A stretch of DNA of 64,000 nucleotides from Octopus vulgaris. Lineage: Eukaryota. A program made the position numbers and the translations under genes. Under the pieces are notes generated by a model. The model did no database searches, was not told where the DNA came from, and worked only from the letters and a program-made list of their open reading frames with translations. This document shows positions 38,471 to 56,261 of the stretch, in pieces; within the stretch, counting starts at the first letter, position 1; each line of letters starts with the position of its first letter. The stretch spans positions 139,810,001 to 139,874,000 of the forward strand of contig OX597814.1 in NCBI GenBank assembly GCA_951406725.2, in the 5' to 3' direction.

Positions 38471-39193
38471 TCATATATATATAACATTTAAAACCCCAGA
38501 ATGACATGTTTCTGAATGGAAGATTTTGTAATGTAAGTGCTTTTGTTGTTAAGTTTATCAAACTCATGTTTTGGGAAAACTGTAAGCATGTAAAGTGCTT
38601 GCATACAATATAAAAACCTCCTTCCATAAAACTTATCATTTTCTTTTTTTTTTAGATTTTTGTTATATAGTTAATGATTTCTAAATCAAGCAACTCTTTC
38701 TTTAAATGCATGTCCTTTATTTTCCATATGCCACCAGAAGTGTAGAGTTATGTCGGTACAACAATGTAAATTAATGTCGCAGCAGTAAAAATAATACAAT
38801 ATATTCTTTACAAAACCTGTGAAGCTACAGGTTTGTTAAATGGCAGGTAATACAAACATGGATTTAATATATATCAGGTTTCAGATAACAATGTTTATAA
38901 AAGAAACGTTTAAATAAATATATTTGTGTTGTCAGTTGAGCAATTAATGTGTTGTAGAAAATGTATTATAAACAGTGTTGGCAATTTTAATTCTTGAGTG
39001 TCACACTGATTAGAATGGATAATTTCTACCCCTCACCTAAGCCATTTACTACATCAGCCCTACACTCTACATCCTACCCAAACACATTTTTACCCACTCT
39101 CCTTTTCACCTATCCTCTGTCTGTCTTTCTTTGTGTACTGTACCATTATTATTATGAATATTATAATTATTATTATTATCATCATCATCATCA

Positions 39194-39888
39194 AGGTGGA
39201 AAGCTGGCAGAATTGTTAGTGCGCTGGATAAAATGCTTTGTGGTATTTTGCCCAATCAAGGTGGCGAGCTGGCAGAAATGTTAGCATGCCGGGCGAAATG
39301 CTTCGAGGTATGTCATCTACCGCTGTGTACTGAGTTCAAATTCCGCCGAGGTTGACTTTGCCTTTCATTCTTTCGGAGTCGATTAAATAAGTACCAGTTA
39401 CACACTGGGGTTGATATAATTGACTTAATCCATTTGTCTGTCCTTGTTCGTCCCCTCTTTGTTTAGCCCCTTGTGGGTAGTAAAGTAATAGGTATTTTCC
39501 CCATTCCTATGTTATGAATTCAAATTCTGCCAAAGTTGCTTTTTGCTTTCATCCCTTCAGTGCTGATAAAAGAAGTACCAGTTAAACACTGGGGTCGATG
39601 TAATCAATTCATCCCCTCCCCCATAATTACTGCCCTTGTGGCAGAATTTGAAACCATTATTAATTATTATCATCAAGACGATGAGCTGGCAGAATCGTTA
39701 GCACATCGGACAAAATGCTTAGCAGTGTTTTGCCTGTCATTACATTCTGAGTTCAAATTCTACCGAGGTCGACTTTGCCTTTCATCTTTTCAGGGTTGAT
39801 AAGTTAAGCACCAGTGAAACACTGGGGTCGATGTGATCAACTTACCTCTTCCCCACAAATTTCAGGCCTTGTGCCTATAGTAGAAAGG

Positions 39889-39890
<2 letters not shown>
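39194..39890 (+). mobile_element. Head-to-tail cluster of SINE family M copies
   Basis: Heads at about 39194, 39259 and 39677, with a dimeric copy between them; followed by (ATT)n. Confidence 0.85.
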
Positions 39891-39932
<42 letters not shown>

Positions 39933-40043
39933 CATTATTATCATTATCATTATTATTATTATCATTATTATCATTATTATCATTATCATTATTTATTATT
40001 ATTATTATTATTATCATCATCATCATTATTATTATTATTATTA
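39889..40043. repeat. (ATT)n/(ATC)n microsatellite (expanded SINE tail)
   Basis: Direct reading. Confidence 0.95.
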
Positions 40044-42493
40044 TGCTGCTGCTGTTTGTACACTACTCTATGTCCTTTTCTGCACTGTCAATTATTTTCT
40101 CTCCCCTACTTTTTTTCACTCTTCAGTCCCTCAACCCTACACAATTTCCATAGTTGTCACCTATCTTTTCTATCCACCTACTTGTTCTTCATAATATTCA
40201 TCCTCCCACCCATGAGTATAGCCTCTTCTTCCAGATTAAACTGTAAAAAAAAAGAAAGAAAAAAATTGCAGTGAATATATATATTTTAAATTTCATGTAT
40301 ACAAGAGAGAAACTGCTAATCCTAACAAATAGCATAAAAAATATATTATTTCATCCTTCACAATTTATAATGAAAAATTATGAAAACTGAAAATAAATAA
40401 ATATCCTTGTGTGAAAAACAAGTTATAAAAATGTTTGGGTCATTAATTTTTTTTTTACTTTTGTTTTTTGTACTTTTTTTGTTTACATAACATTTTATGT
40501 GGTCTCCTTGAGAAACAAGTTCTATTTCTGACATTAACAGCTAGTTGGTGTTTTGTTATCAATGCCATTACTTGTAATTTAACTCTTTAGAAATCATTGG
40601 CTACTTGCTTGAATGTGGATGGCTCTAACGTTATTTATTTTATAATGCCAATGTTTTTGGTACTGCCTTTGTCAGATTATATACAGATTTTTGGTAACAG
40701 AATCTGCATGTGTGTGTGTGTGTGTATATATTCATACATGTGGTGTACAGGGATATGCATATGTGTGAGAGAGAGCATATGTGTGTGTTTGAGAGAGTCA
40801 TGTGTATGTGTACAAATAGTTATAAGTGTTTGTGCGTTTTGATTTCAAAGCTTGAAAACAAAATGTCTGTGCGTCTATAAAGATGTTTTTTAAAAAAAAG
40901 TCATTTTGAAACATATCAGCTTCTTTAACTAAATATATATGATATGATCATTAAAACAATTTGTATTTTTATAATTAAGATATTTTTGCTATTGTTAGTT
41001 TGTTCTGGCCTGGTTGAATTTCAAGATACGAAGCAATTTATCAAGATATAACTTGTGAGATGCATCACTCTACTGTTGCTGATAACAATGGTAATGGCAG
41101 TGGTTGTTATTCACAGAGATAACAGATTTTTTTTCCTCCTATCTCTATAAATAGGAGAATATGCAGACAGCTAACAGCTTAACAAATTTTCGAGTATTAG
41201 ACTTGATCTATCATCGTTTAACACCACCACCATTTTGTAATTCTTGGGTGCCTCCAGTGGAGTCTATTCTGTTACAAGTATTCAGGCAAGGTCTGGTTTG
41301 AGGATAGCTTCCTGTTTCTCTCTCAACAGTCTTGGAAACCGTGATAAGGAGTTATGGCCACTAGTCTTCTTCATTAGAAACAGTTGAAAATCTGCAAAAA
41401 GTACAGATGTTCTGGTTAGGCATCAGTGGAATCAATTTTACATGTCTGAAAGATTCTGTAAGGTCCTCTGCAAGGCCCTTTTATCCCTGAGTAACTTAAA
41501 AAAAGCAAGACATCATAAACTGCCCTCACTACAGAATGTTAATTATTGTTCCCATGACATCAATCTAATTATTGTTTCCCTTGGGCTTATTCCATCTATG
41601 AACATTTGACTATAAACTAACAAATCACCCTTTCTTTCACCATATCTCTGTCACAGACACTCAAACACAAGTTTAGCACTACCCCCTCTTCTGTAAGGCC
41701 CACACCTGCACAACTGTAAAGTAGATCACATTCCCTGCAGGGGTAACCTCAGGGACTGCCCAGCTTCTAGACAGGTGGGTTGAGTACTCTATGCCCCTCC
41801 CTCATTAGAGTTAAGCTGATTTTGTCCCTCCCTCTTATGGCCACAATTGAGATTTAGCAATTTTCTCTTTTGTTCAATCATTAGTTCATTTGTTAGTTCT
41901 TCCTTAAATTAACATTTACAACTTGGTATTTAAATCTTCTTTACCTTTTTCTCATATCTTACAAACCACTGAATTACATATTCCCATACTACTCTCTACA
42001 TTCTGTTCTTTCATGTGAACCTCACTTCTCTATTTCAATCTATTCTCAAACATTTTTCATGAAGATTTCTAACTAATTATGAACAAATCTGTTCAGCTGT
42101 TCATAACTATCTGTAATTTATTTAATCAATAATATTACTTTATTACAATACTCCACTAATAAATGTGATTTAACTGAATTTTTATACTGCTTTATTTCTT
42201 TCCCTCTAAGCCTACATGTATTAAGTGTGTAATGTGTGTTAATTAGTTATATTTTAAATTGATAATTTGTTAATTAAAATGCCATGAAAACAAGCTTGAC
42301 ATTAAACATCTTTCAAAACTTTTGTTAAAAAGCAAAAAGTGTTTCTATTTCCTTCTTTGCATGTATCTGATATGTTTGTCAATTCAAAGATTAATTGTAT
42401 TTATTCTTTCTCTGAAATTCTAGCTTTGTGTACTTTTTAAACTAATCTATTATATTGTTTAGTTAGTTCTAATCACCAGCTAAGTTACAAATA

Positions 42494-42523
42494 TTTTTTT
42501 TTATTCTATTTTTCTAGGTGAGT
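42494..42523 (+). promoter_or_regulatory. Candidate recursive splice site (polyY-TAG|GTGAGT)
   Basis: tttttttttattctatttttctag|gtgagt; branch-point-like ttctaat/gctaag upstream; no transcript evidence. Confidence 0.4.
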
Positions 42524-42622
42524 CATTTATAATCTACCATATATTTTGCTGATGATAAGGAAAATGTACATTGATTTGAACTTTTCCACCATAATAGAAG
42601 GTAAATGTTCCTTTTTCTTTAT

Positions 42623-47718
<5,096 letters not shown>

Positions 47719-47892
47719 CATCATCATCATCATCATCATCATTTAGCGTCCGTTTTCCATGCTAGCATGGGTTGGACGGTTCAACTGGGGTCTGGGGAGC
47801 CCGAAGGCTGCACCAGGCCAGTCAGATCTGGCAGTGTTTCTACAGCTGGATGCCCTTCCTAACGCCAACCACTCCGAGAGTGTAGTGGGTGA

Positions 47893-50191
47893 TTTTATGT
47901 GCCACCGACACAGGTGCCAGACGAGGCTGGCGAACGGCCACGCTCGGATGGTGTTTTTATGTGCCACCGACACAGGTGCCAGACGAGGCTGGCAGACGGC
48001 CACGCTCGGATGGTGTTTTTATGTGCCACCGACACAGGTGCCAGATGAGGCTGGCGGACGGCCACGATCGGATGGTGTTTGTTACGTCCCCAAAGCACGG
48101 AGGCCAGTCTATGCGGTACTGGCTACGGCCACGTTCGGATGATTTTCTTGTGTGCCACCGGCACTGGTACCACAAAGATACAAATTCCATTGATGTTCAT
48201 CTATTTTGATTTGTTTTGATTTGATTTGATTTGATTTTCACTTGCCTCAACAGGTCTTCACAAGTGTCACAAGAAGGAAGGTATGCACAGGTGGACTGAC
48301 TACGTCCCAGGTAGGGGCCACGGGTTATGGCCTGACTAGTCTTGCCGGGTCTTCGGATGGTGTTTTTATGTGCCACCGACACAGGTGCCAGATGAGGCTG
48401 GCGAACGGCCACGATCGGATGGTGTTTGTTGCGTGCCCACAGCACGGAGGCCAGTCGATGCGGTACTGGCTACGGCCACGTTCGGATGGTTTTCTTGTGT
48501 GCCACCGGCACTGGTACCACAAGATACAAATTCCATTGATGTTCATCTATTTTGATTTGATTTGATTTGATTTTCACTTGCCTCAACAGGTCTTCACAGG
48601 TCTTCACAAGTGTCACAAGAAGGAAGGAAGGTATGCACAGGTGGACTGACTACGTCCCAAGTAGGGGCCATGGGTTATGGCCTGACTAGTCTTGCCGGGT
48701 CTTCGGTTGGTGTTTTTATGTGCCACCGACACAGGTGCCAGATGAGGCTGGCGGACGGCCACGATCGGATGGTGTTTGTTATGTGCCCACATCACAGAGG
48801 CCAGTCGATGCGGTACTGGCTACGGCCACGTTCGGATGGTTTTCTTGTGTGCCACCGGTACTGGTACCACAAAGATACAAATTCCATTGATGTTCATCTA
48901 TTTTGATTTGGTTTGATTTGATTTGATTTGATTTTGATTTTCACTTGCCTCAACAGGTCTTCACAAGTGTCATAAGTAGGAAGGTATGCACAGGTGGACT
49001 GACTACGTCGCCGGGTCTTCGGATGGTGTTTTTATGTGCCACCGACACAGGTGCCAGATGAGGCTGGCGAACGGCCACGATCGGATGGTTTTCTTGTGTG
49101 CCACCGGTACTGGAACCACAAAGATACAAATTCCATTGATGTTCATCTATTTTGATTTGGTTTGATTTTCACTTGCCTCAACAGGTCTTCACAAGTTTGG
49201 TTTGATTTTCACTTGCCTCAACAGGTCTTCACAAGTGTCACACGTGTCACACACTTGCCTCAACACGTCTCCACAAGTGTCACACACTTGCCTCTGCCTC
49301 AACAGGTCTTCACAAAGTGTCACACACTTGCCTCTGCCTCAACAGGTCTTCACAAGTGTCACACACTTGCCTCAACAGGTCTTCACAAGTGTCATAAGAG
49401 GGAAGGTATGCACAGGTGGACTGACTACGTCGCCGGGTCTTCGGATGGTGTTTTTATGTGCCACCGACACAGGTGCCAGATGAGGCTGGCGAACGGCCAC
49501 GATCAGATGGTGTTTGTTGTGCCCACAGCACGGAGGCCAGTCGATGCGGTACTGGCTACGGCCACGTTCGGATGGTTTTCTTGTGTGCCACCGGTACTGG
49601 AACCACAAAGATACAAATTCCATTGATGTTCATCTATTTTGATTTGGTTTGATTTGATTTTTGATTTTCACTTGCCTCAACAGGTCTTCACAAGGGTCAC
49701 ACACTTGCCTCAACAGGTCTCCACAAGTGTCACACACTTGCCTCTGCCTCAACAGGTCTTCACAAGTGTCACACACTTGCCTCAACAGGTCTTCACAAGT
49801 GTCATAAGAGGGAAGGTATGCACAGGTGGACTGACTACGTCGCCGGGTCTTCGGATGGTGTCTTTATGTGCCACCGACACAGGTGCCAGATGAGGCTGGC
49901 GAACGGCCACGATCGGATGGTGTTTGTTGTGCCCACAGCACGGAGGCCAGTCGATGCGGTACTGGCTACAGCCACGTTTGGGTGGTTTTCTTGTGTGCCA
50001 CCGGCACTGGTACCACAAAGAATACAATTCCACTGATGTTCATCTATTTTGATTTGTTTTGATTTGATTTGATTTTCACTTGCCTCAACAGGTCTTCATA
50101 AGTGTCACAAGAAGGAAGGTATGCACAGGAGGACTGACTACGTCCCAGGTAGGGGCCACGGGTTATGGCCTGACTAGTCTTGCCGGGTCTT
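47893..50191 (-). repeat. Higher-order tandem array made from the RTE 3' UTR
   Basis: 62-bp unit x3 (47893, 47955, 48017); six units of about 316-422 bp starting near 48008, 48355, 48705, 49021, 49443 and 49853; inner 31-37-bp repeats. Confidence 0.9.
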
Positions 50192-51902
50192 CTCACGCAC
50201 AGCATACTTCCATAGGTCTCGGTCTCTAGACATTTCCTTAGTGAGACCTAAAGTTCGAAGGTCGTGCTTCACCACCTCGTCCCAGGTTTTCCTGGGTCTA
50301 CCTCTTCCACAGGTTCCCTCAACTGCTAGGGTGTAGCACTTTTGCACACAACTATCTTCAGCCTTTCTCGTCACATGACCATACCAGCGCAGCCGTCTCT
50401 CTTGCACACCACAACTGACGCTTCTTAGGTTCAACTTTTCTCTCAAGGAACTTACACTCTGACGATTATGAACACTGACATTACACATCCATCGGAGCAT
50501 ACTGGCTTCATTTCTTGCGAGCTTACGCATATCCTCAGCAGTCACGGCCCATGTTTCACTACCATGTAGCATGGCTGTACGTACACATGCATCATACAGT
50601 CTGCCTTTTACTCTGAGCGAGAGGCCTTTTGTCACCAGCAGGGGTAAGAGCTCTCTAAACTTTGCCCAGGCTATTCTTACTCTAGCAGTTACACTTTCAG
50701 CACACCCACCCCCGCTACTGACTTGGTCTCCTAGGTAGCGGAAGCTATCAACTACTTCTAGTTTGTCTCCCTGGAACGTGGCAGAAGTTGGTCTCTGCAC
50801 ATTTCCAGTGTTTATTGCTCCTGAGCATTTGCCACAGACAAAAACTATTTTCCTAGTTAGCCTTCCTTTGACATTGCTGCACCTCTTATGTGTCCATAGC
50901 TTACACTTGGTGCATCTTATAGAGTTTCTACCTACACCTTTTTTACAGATCGAGCAGGGCCATCTACCTGAAGGCGTTTGTGATTGATCTACCTTCCTAC
51001 TTATTAGGACTTTGGTTTTGGCTAGGTTGATTCTAAGGCCCTTCGATTCTAATCCTTGTTTCCACACCTGAAACTTCTCCTCCAGTTCTGATAGTGACTC
51101 AGCAATTAGAGCAAGGTCGTCAGCATAGAGGAGCTCCCAGGGGCAACCTGTCTTGAATTCCTCCGTTATTGCCTGGAGGACTATGATAAATAGGAGGGGA
51201 CTGAGGACTGAACCTTGGTGGACCCCAACCTCTACCCGGAATTCTTCACTGTACTCGTTGCCAACCCTCACCTTACTAGCAGCGTCTCTGTACATAGCTT
51301 GCACAGCTCTCACCAACCATTCTTCTATCCCTAGTTTCCTCATTGACCACCAGATAAGGGATCGGGGGACCCTGTCAAAGGCTTTCTCCAAGTCAACAAA
51401 AGCCAGGTACAAGGGCTTATCTTTGGCTAGGTATTTCTCCTGCAGCTGTCTTACCAGGAATATAGCATCAGTAGTACTTTTCCCTGGCACGAACCCAAAC
51501 TGCATATCATCTAAGCTAACTCTCTCTCTAATTAGTTGGGCTATAACCCTCTCCGTAACCTTCATTACCTGATCCAGCAGCTTGATGCCCCTGTAGTTAT
51601 TTGTCTCTAGGGCGTCGCCTTTACCTTTGTAGCCAGTTGACTATTATGCTGCTACACCAGTCATTGGGTATGACCCCCTCGTGTATCACCTGGTTAACTA
51701 TACGGGTGACTAAGCTATAGCCGACACCACCAGATATTTTGAGCATCTCTGCAGTAATTCCTGATGGGCCTGGGGCTTTCCCTGTTTTCATGCTTCTAAT
51801 TGCCTTATCTACTAAGGAACTGTTAACTCGGATTGCTGGTCCCTCTGTTGGGTCGACATTCGGCAGACTCTCTTTATCCCATTCATTTTCTTCATTCAGC
51901 AA
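50174..51902 (-). CDS. RTE ORF (reverse transcriptase with embedded PHD-like finger); single 1-bp frameshift near 51633
   Basis: ORF 51621-51902 (KAPGPSGI..IPNDW) joins ORF 50174-51565 as NCYKGKGD..NYRGIKLL if one base is removed. Confidence 0.9.
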
Positions 51903-52040
51903 CCTATCATAGGCAGACTCTCTTTATCCCATTTCTCTCTCACACACTGTCTTGCAACACGAAATACCTCAAGTCTTTCATCCTCACGACGCAGGACATT
52001 GGCAAATATCAGATAGACCTGTCTCCTGGCTTCCCTTCTG

Positions 52041-52140
52041 NNNNNNNNNNNNNNNNNNNNNNNNNNNNNNNNNNNNNNNNNNNNNNNNNNNNNNNNNNNN
52101 NNNNNNNNNNNNNNNNNNNNNNNNNNNNNNNNNNNNNNNN
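52041..52140. other. Assembly gap (100 N)
   Basis: Run of N. Confidence 1.
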
Positions 52141-53364
52141 TATATATATATATTTAGATACTTCATTTTTGTTTACTAAATATTACACTGAATAATATGT
52201 ACCAATTATGCCTTTGATACCTACATGGATTTGCAAGATAACTAAGACCAGTGAATAACTGTTTTACCCTTTATCGACTGTTGAGTTAACTAACTGAATA
52301 ACCTAGAATTTTTCCATGATCTATTTAGCCAAAGAGATGCAGAGGTGCTTCTAAGTTAACTTTCCATGATCTATTTGACCCCCTCTGCATTACTTATATA
52401 CATAGATATATTTTGGCCAGTATTGGCCCAAGTCATGACTAGCTAAATAGCACCACCTAGAGAAGATATTTAATCATATTTCTTGTTACAGTCATACTTT
52501 GGACATTGCTGCCTGTTTGAATGTTTACAGATGTAGGTGTTGATGGTTTATCTAAAATTTGTTGGAGGAATTTGTCCAGGAACCACTTGAATATTACAGG
52601 ATTCTTTTCTTCCCTTGCATGTCATGGCATGCATGATGCTAAAGGGAACAGAGCCTGTTGGTTGGAATGATTTATTTAAAGGTTAAAACAATATTCTTGA
52701 GCAAAAATAGGTAATTTAACAGTTGTCTGAATTTGTTCAAAAGTACAATGTTACAATGTTTTGCCCTTTGTTGAAACTACTTTATTTAAAAAACAAAATT
52801 GTATTTAAGAAATAAAAATAAAATTGTAAATACTTCTCATATTTGCTGACTTACTTCAGATAAATTAGGAGACAGTAGAAGCATTTGACTTGTATGACTC
52901 AAAATTATACAACTATCCTACAAATGTGTGTGTGTGGAGAGAGAGAGAGAGGGGAGAGAGCAGAGATGGGAAGAGAACAGAAAGAGACAGAGAGGTGAAC
53001 CTGAGTTTAGGACGCAATATTAATCTACTGAAGACAAGAATAACAGTCATGTCATTGCCATTACAACCAGTTAACCATGGAAATTCTATAGTAAAATTGT
53101 CCCAACATATACTGTCACAGTTATCACGTAGGTATTATAACCTTTCACCAGCCTTGGTGGAGGTAAACTACACAGCAGAATGCCAAACTGAATGCCTTAA
53201 CGTAATTAGTTTGATACATCACTGTTTTAAGACTGAAATCCTAGCTGAGTTGTCTCTGCTTTTATCATCCTAAAGTCAAATTACTTGATCTTCTGCAAAA
53301 TTGCATTGTATGCCCTGAAAGGAAATCGATATCACAAAATAACTAAATTTATAGTTTGGTGTGT

Positions 53365-53735
53365 GGAGGCGCAGTGGCCCAGTGGTTAGGGCAGTGGACT
53401 CATGGTCGTAGGATCGCGGTTTCAATTCCCAGAGTGTTTATTGAGCGAAAACACTTAAAACTCCACAAGGCTCCGGCAGGGGGTGGTAGCGAACTCTGCT
53501 GTACTCTTTCACCACAACTATCTCTCACTCTTTCTTCCTGTTTCTGTTGTACCTGTATTTCAAAGGGCCAGCCTTGTCACACTCTGTCACGCTGAATCTC
53601 CCTGAGAACTACGTTAAGGGTACATGTGCCTGTGGAGTGCTCAGCCTCTTGCATGTTAATTTCATGAGTAGACTGTTCCATCGGACTGCTCCAGATCAAC
53701 TGGAACCCTTGTCATCATAACTGACGGAGTGCCAT
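53365..53735 (+). mobile_element. tRNA-derived SINE (head T', body Q, tail R)
   Basis: ggaggcgcagtggcccagtggttagggc..ggtttcaattccc; body matches the 29593-29894 SINE, tail differs. Confidence 0.8.
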
Positions 53736-53979
53736 GAGGAGTTTGGTGTTGTGTAATCCAACGTTAAACTGATCAAGTAGACTTAATCTTAATCAAAGAT
53801 GTTCCAACTATGACCTTCACAACATTTTGTATATCCATTATTTACATTATTTACAGTTGATGGATATTTGTCCTTATCTTGTTTGTTGGAGACCCTGGAA
53901 AAGGTTATGACCATTTTCCTGTCTCTTGATTAAGGGATTAAAAAAAAAACAAGACAAAATATAAAGTTACTCTTATTGC

Positions 53980-54233
53980 AGGGAGTGGATTTGACAGACA
54001 GAAGCTGAAAGAAGCCCATTATGTGTGTATGTGTGTGTTTGGTGTGTGCCACTTTGTCCCCCCACTATTGCTTGACAACCAGTGCTGGTGTGTTTAGGTC
54101 CCCATATCTTAGTGGTTTGGCAAATGAGACTGATAAAATAAGTCTTGGGGTCGATTTCTTTGACTAAAACCTTTTAAGGTGGTGCTCCAGCATGGCCGCA
54201 ATCAAATGACTGAAACAAGTAAAAGAATAAAAG
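53980..54233 (+). mobile_element. SINE family O, 5' truncated, CR1-type tail
   Basis: ggtggtgctccagcatggccgcaatcaaatgactgaaacaagtaaaagaataaaagaat. Confidence 0.85.
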
Positions 54234-54260
54234 AATTGGCTTGGAGTCTAATGTTTTGTT

Positions 54261-54681
54261 GTGCATGGCCATGTCATGTTGAATGTAATGGCTCTTGTTC
54301 AGTAACCAAAGTTAAGCAACATCAAGTCTAGTAAATAAGATTTAGATAGGTGACTGCTTGGTAATCCTAGATGCAGTGAGTAATCCTAGATGCTGCGAGT
54401 AATCCTAGATGCTAAGGACTATACAATAAGGTCTACCAATTCAGTCCTGTAAGTAATCCTAGATGCTGTGAGTAATCCTAGATGCTAAGGACTATACAAT
54501 AAGATCTACCAATTCAATTCTGTAAGTAATCCTAGATGCTGTGAGTAATCCTAGATGCTAAGGACAATACAATAAGGTCTACCAATTCAATACTGCAGTC
54601 AATGGTACTGACTAACCCCACTCACTCAAATCTATTGGCTTTGTATCTGAATTAGAAAACATTATTATTATTATTATTATT
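54261..54681 (+). mobile_element. 5S rRNA-derived head + 73-bp tandem repeat + SINE family M-type tail (candidate SINE3)
   Basis: 54261-54380 aligns by eye with metazoan 5S rRNA (ggccat..gttgaa; aagttaagcaac A box; taggtgactgcttgg C box); tail ..ctaacccc..ggctttgt..aattagaaaac(att)n. Confidence 0.7.
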
Positions 54682-54694
54682 GAATAAAGGAAAG

Positions 54695-54920
54695 GCAGAA
54701 AGTTGGTGGAATTGTTACCATGCCTGAAAAAAAGTGGTTAGCAGCAGCAGCAGCACTACTTCAGTTCTTTGCATTCTGGGTTCAAATGTTGTCAAAGTTG
54801 ACTTTGCTTTTCATTCTTTTGGAATCAATAAAATATGTAGTTGAGTACTATGGTTAATGTAATCAACTCCCCCCCCTTCCAGAATTACTTGCTTTGTGCC
54901 AGAATTAGAAAAAAAGCATT
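54695..54920 (+). mobile_element. SINE family M, degenerate
   Basis: ttctgggttcaaatg..gttgactttgcttttcattc..gctttgtgccagaattagaaa. Confidence 0.65.
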
Positions 54921-55253
54921 ATATAAAGGAGAAGGGCAACAGTGAAAAATTCCAAGTACACAAGTTCTATTTCTTATTTAGAGTTCACCAAGAAAATAAT
55001 GAATGTCTTTTTCTTTTAAATAATCAAATAATCATATCTTGACCTTTTGACCTTACTGAATCATCAAAAATAAGAAAAACAAAATAGATATCAACTGAAC
55101 TACCTTGTTCATTGAAGTAGCTCATAAGTGGCTGAGTTTCTCACCGACACATCTACACTGAATGCAATTCATAGGCAGAATCAGCCTGATTAAATCTATC
55201 ACAAGGATGAATTTTTTGAATCACAGGTACAGTCCATTTGATGGACCTTCACA

Positions 55254-55414
55254 CAGGGCCATTTTAGCATTAAAGGCCCCCAGGCAAGTCAATGAACTAG
55301 GCCCTAAATTATATATTGACACCAATCCACAGCTTGCATAGATTAGAATTGGGCTCCCAGACTTGTGGGGCCCCTAGACAACTGTCCAGTGTACTCATGA
55401 CTAAGATAGCACTG
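55254..55414. mobile_element. hAT-type MITE inserted in a minus-strand SINE (about 55100-55560)
   Basis: TIR CAGGGCCATTTTAG / CTAAGATAGCACTG; 8-bp TSD ccttcaca/catccaca (6 of 8 match); related fragment at about 12770-12905. Confidence 0.65.
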
Positions 55415-56261
55415 CATCCACACAGTTTCTGCCTCCTCAGTTTCATTCACAAAACTTAGATTGATTGGAGGCAATGGTAAAAGACACTTGACCAAGATGC
55501 TACCACACAATAAGATTGAAACTGGGTTAGTGAGATTGTGAAGCAATCTTCTTAAACATTTGGTCGTGCAGTATATTTCACATGGTTATATTTCACCATG
55601 TAAAATATAACCAGAAAAAATATGGTTTTATTTGGGGGAGGGGAAAAAAAGATAGCACAAATATTTTTAAAAAGTGATATTTGAACATCATATGATTATT
55701 TGATTGCTTACAGTAGTTGACCATGCGTAGTCCACTCCAGTGTAAATTATTACCAAAATGAAAAGGAAAAAAATATACTTACAATATCAGGCTTTAAAAT
55801 CTATTGGGATTAATTTAATCATTCATTGCTCTGTTGATAAAAATGATAGAGAAAAGTGAAAGTGATTTTCTAAATGAAAAGCAAAAAACTCTGGTTTATT
55901 CAATTTTTCAACCATAAATTACGGAAACTTTTATCAATTTCATTCTGCCAATATTAAAAAGTAAGTGCTGTTCTTTAACTTAATATCTTCTGTGACATAT
56001 TTATTCAATTTCAGAATAAAATAGAATATTTTCGTGGCAGCTGTGTTGTAATGTTTTGTCTTCAGTTAGTTGGTGGCTAGATTAGTGATCATTCAATTTT
56101 TGTGATTCACTCAGCACATTTATTTGGGAGGAGAATGTCTGCAGAAATTGTGTGTAAGGAACATCTGGAGCATTGTAAATCATTAAATAATTTAAACTTG
56201 ACTTGAATCTTTTATCATCATCATCATCATCATCATCATCTTCATCACCAGGATCATCTTT

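Noticed and set aside
41210-41850. Possible degenerate LINE 5' region with a PHD remnant (SGIKG) on the minus strand
   Set aside because: Too decayed to support by eye.
47743-50062. Many short ORFs and a CRISPR-like look of the repeat array
   Set aside because: The repeats have no unique spacers, there are no cas genes and the context is eukaryotic. These are LINE 3' UTR duplications and the ORFs are by-products.
52890-53273. 127-aa ORF in unique sequence
   Set aside because: Non-ATG start, includes a GA microsatellite, no recognisable domain or splice context.
53365-53430. tRNA gene
   Set aside because: A and B boxes are present, but the cloverleaf is incomplete and continues into a SINE body; the same applies to the other SINE heads.
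54261-54380. Functional 5S rRNA gene
   Set aside because: Too many substitutions and an insertion, no T-run terminator, fused to a SINE tail; treated as derived.
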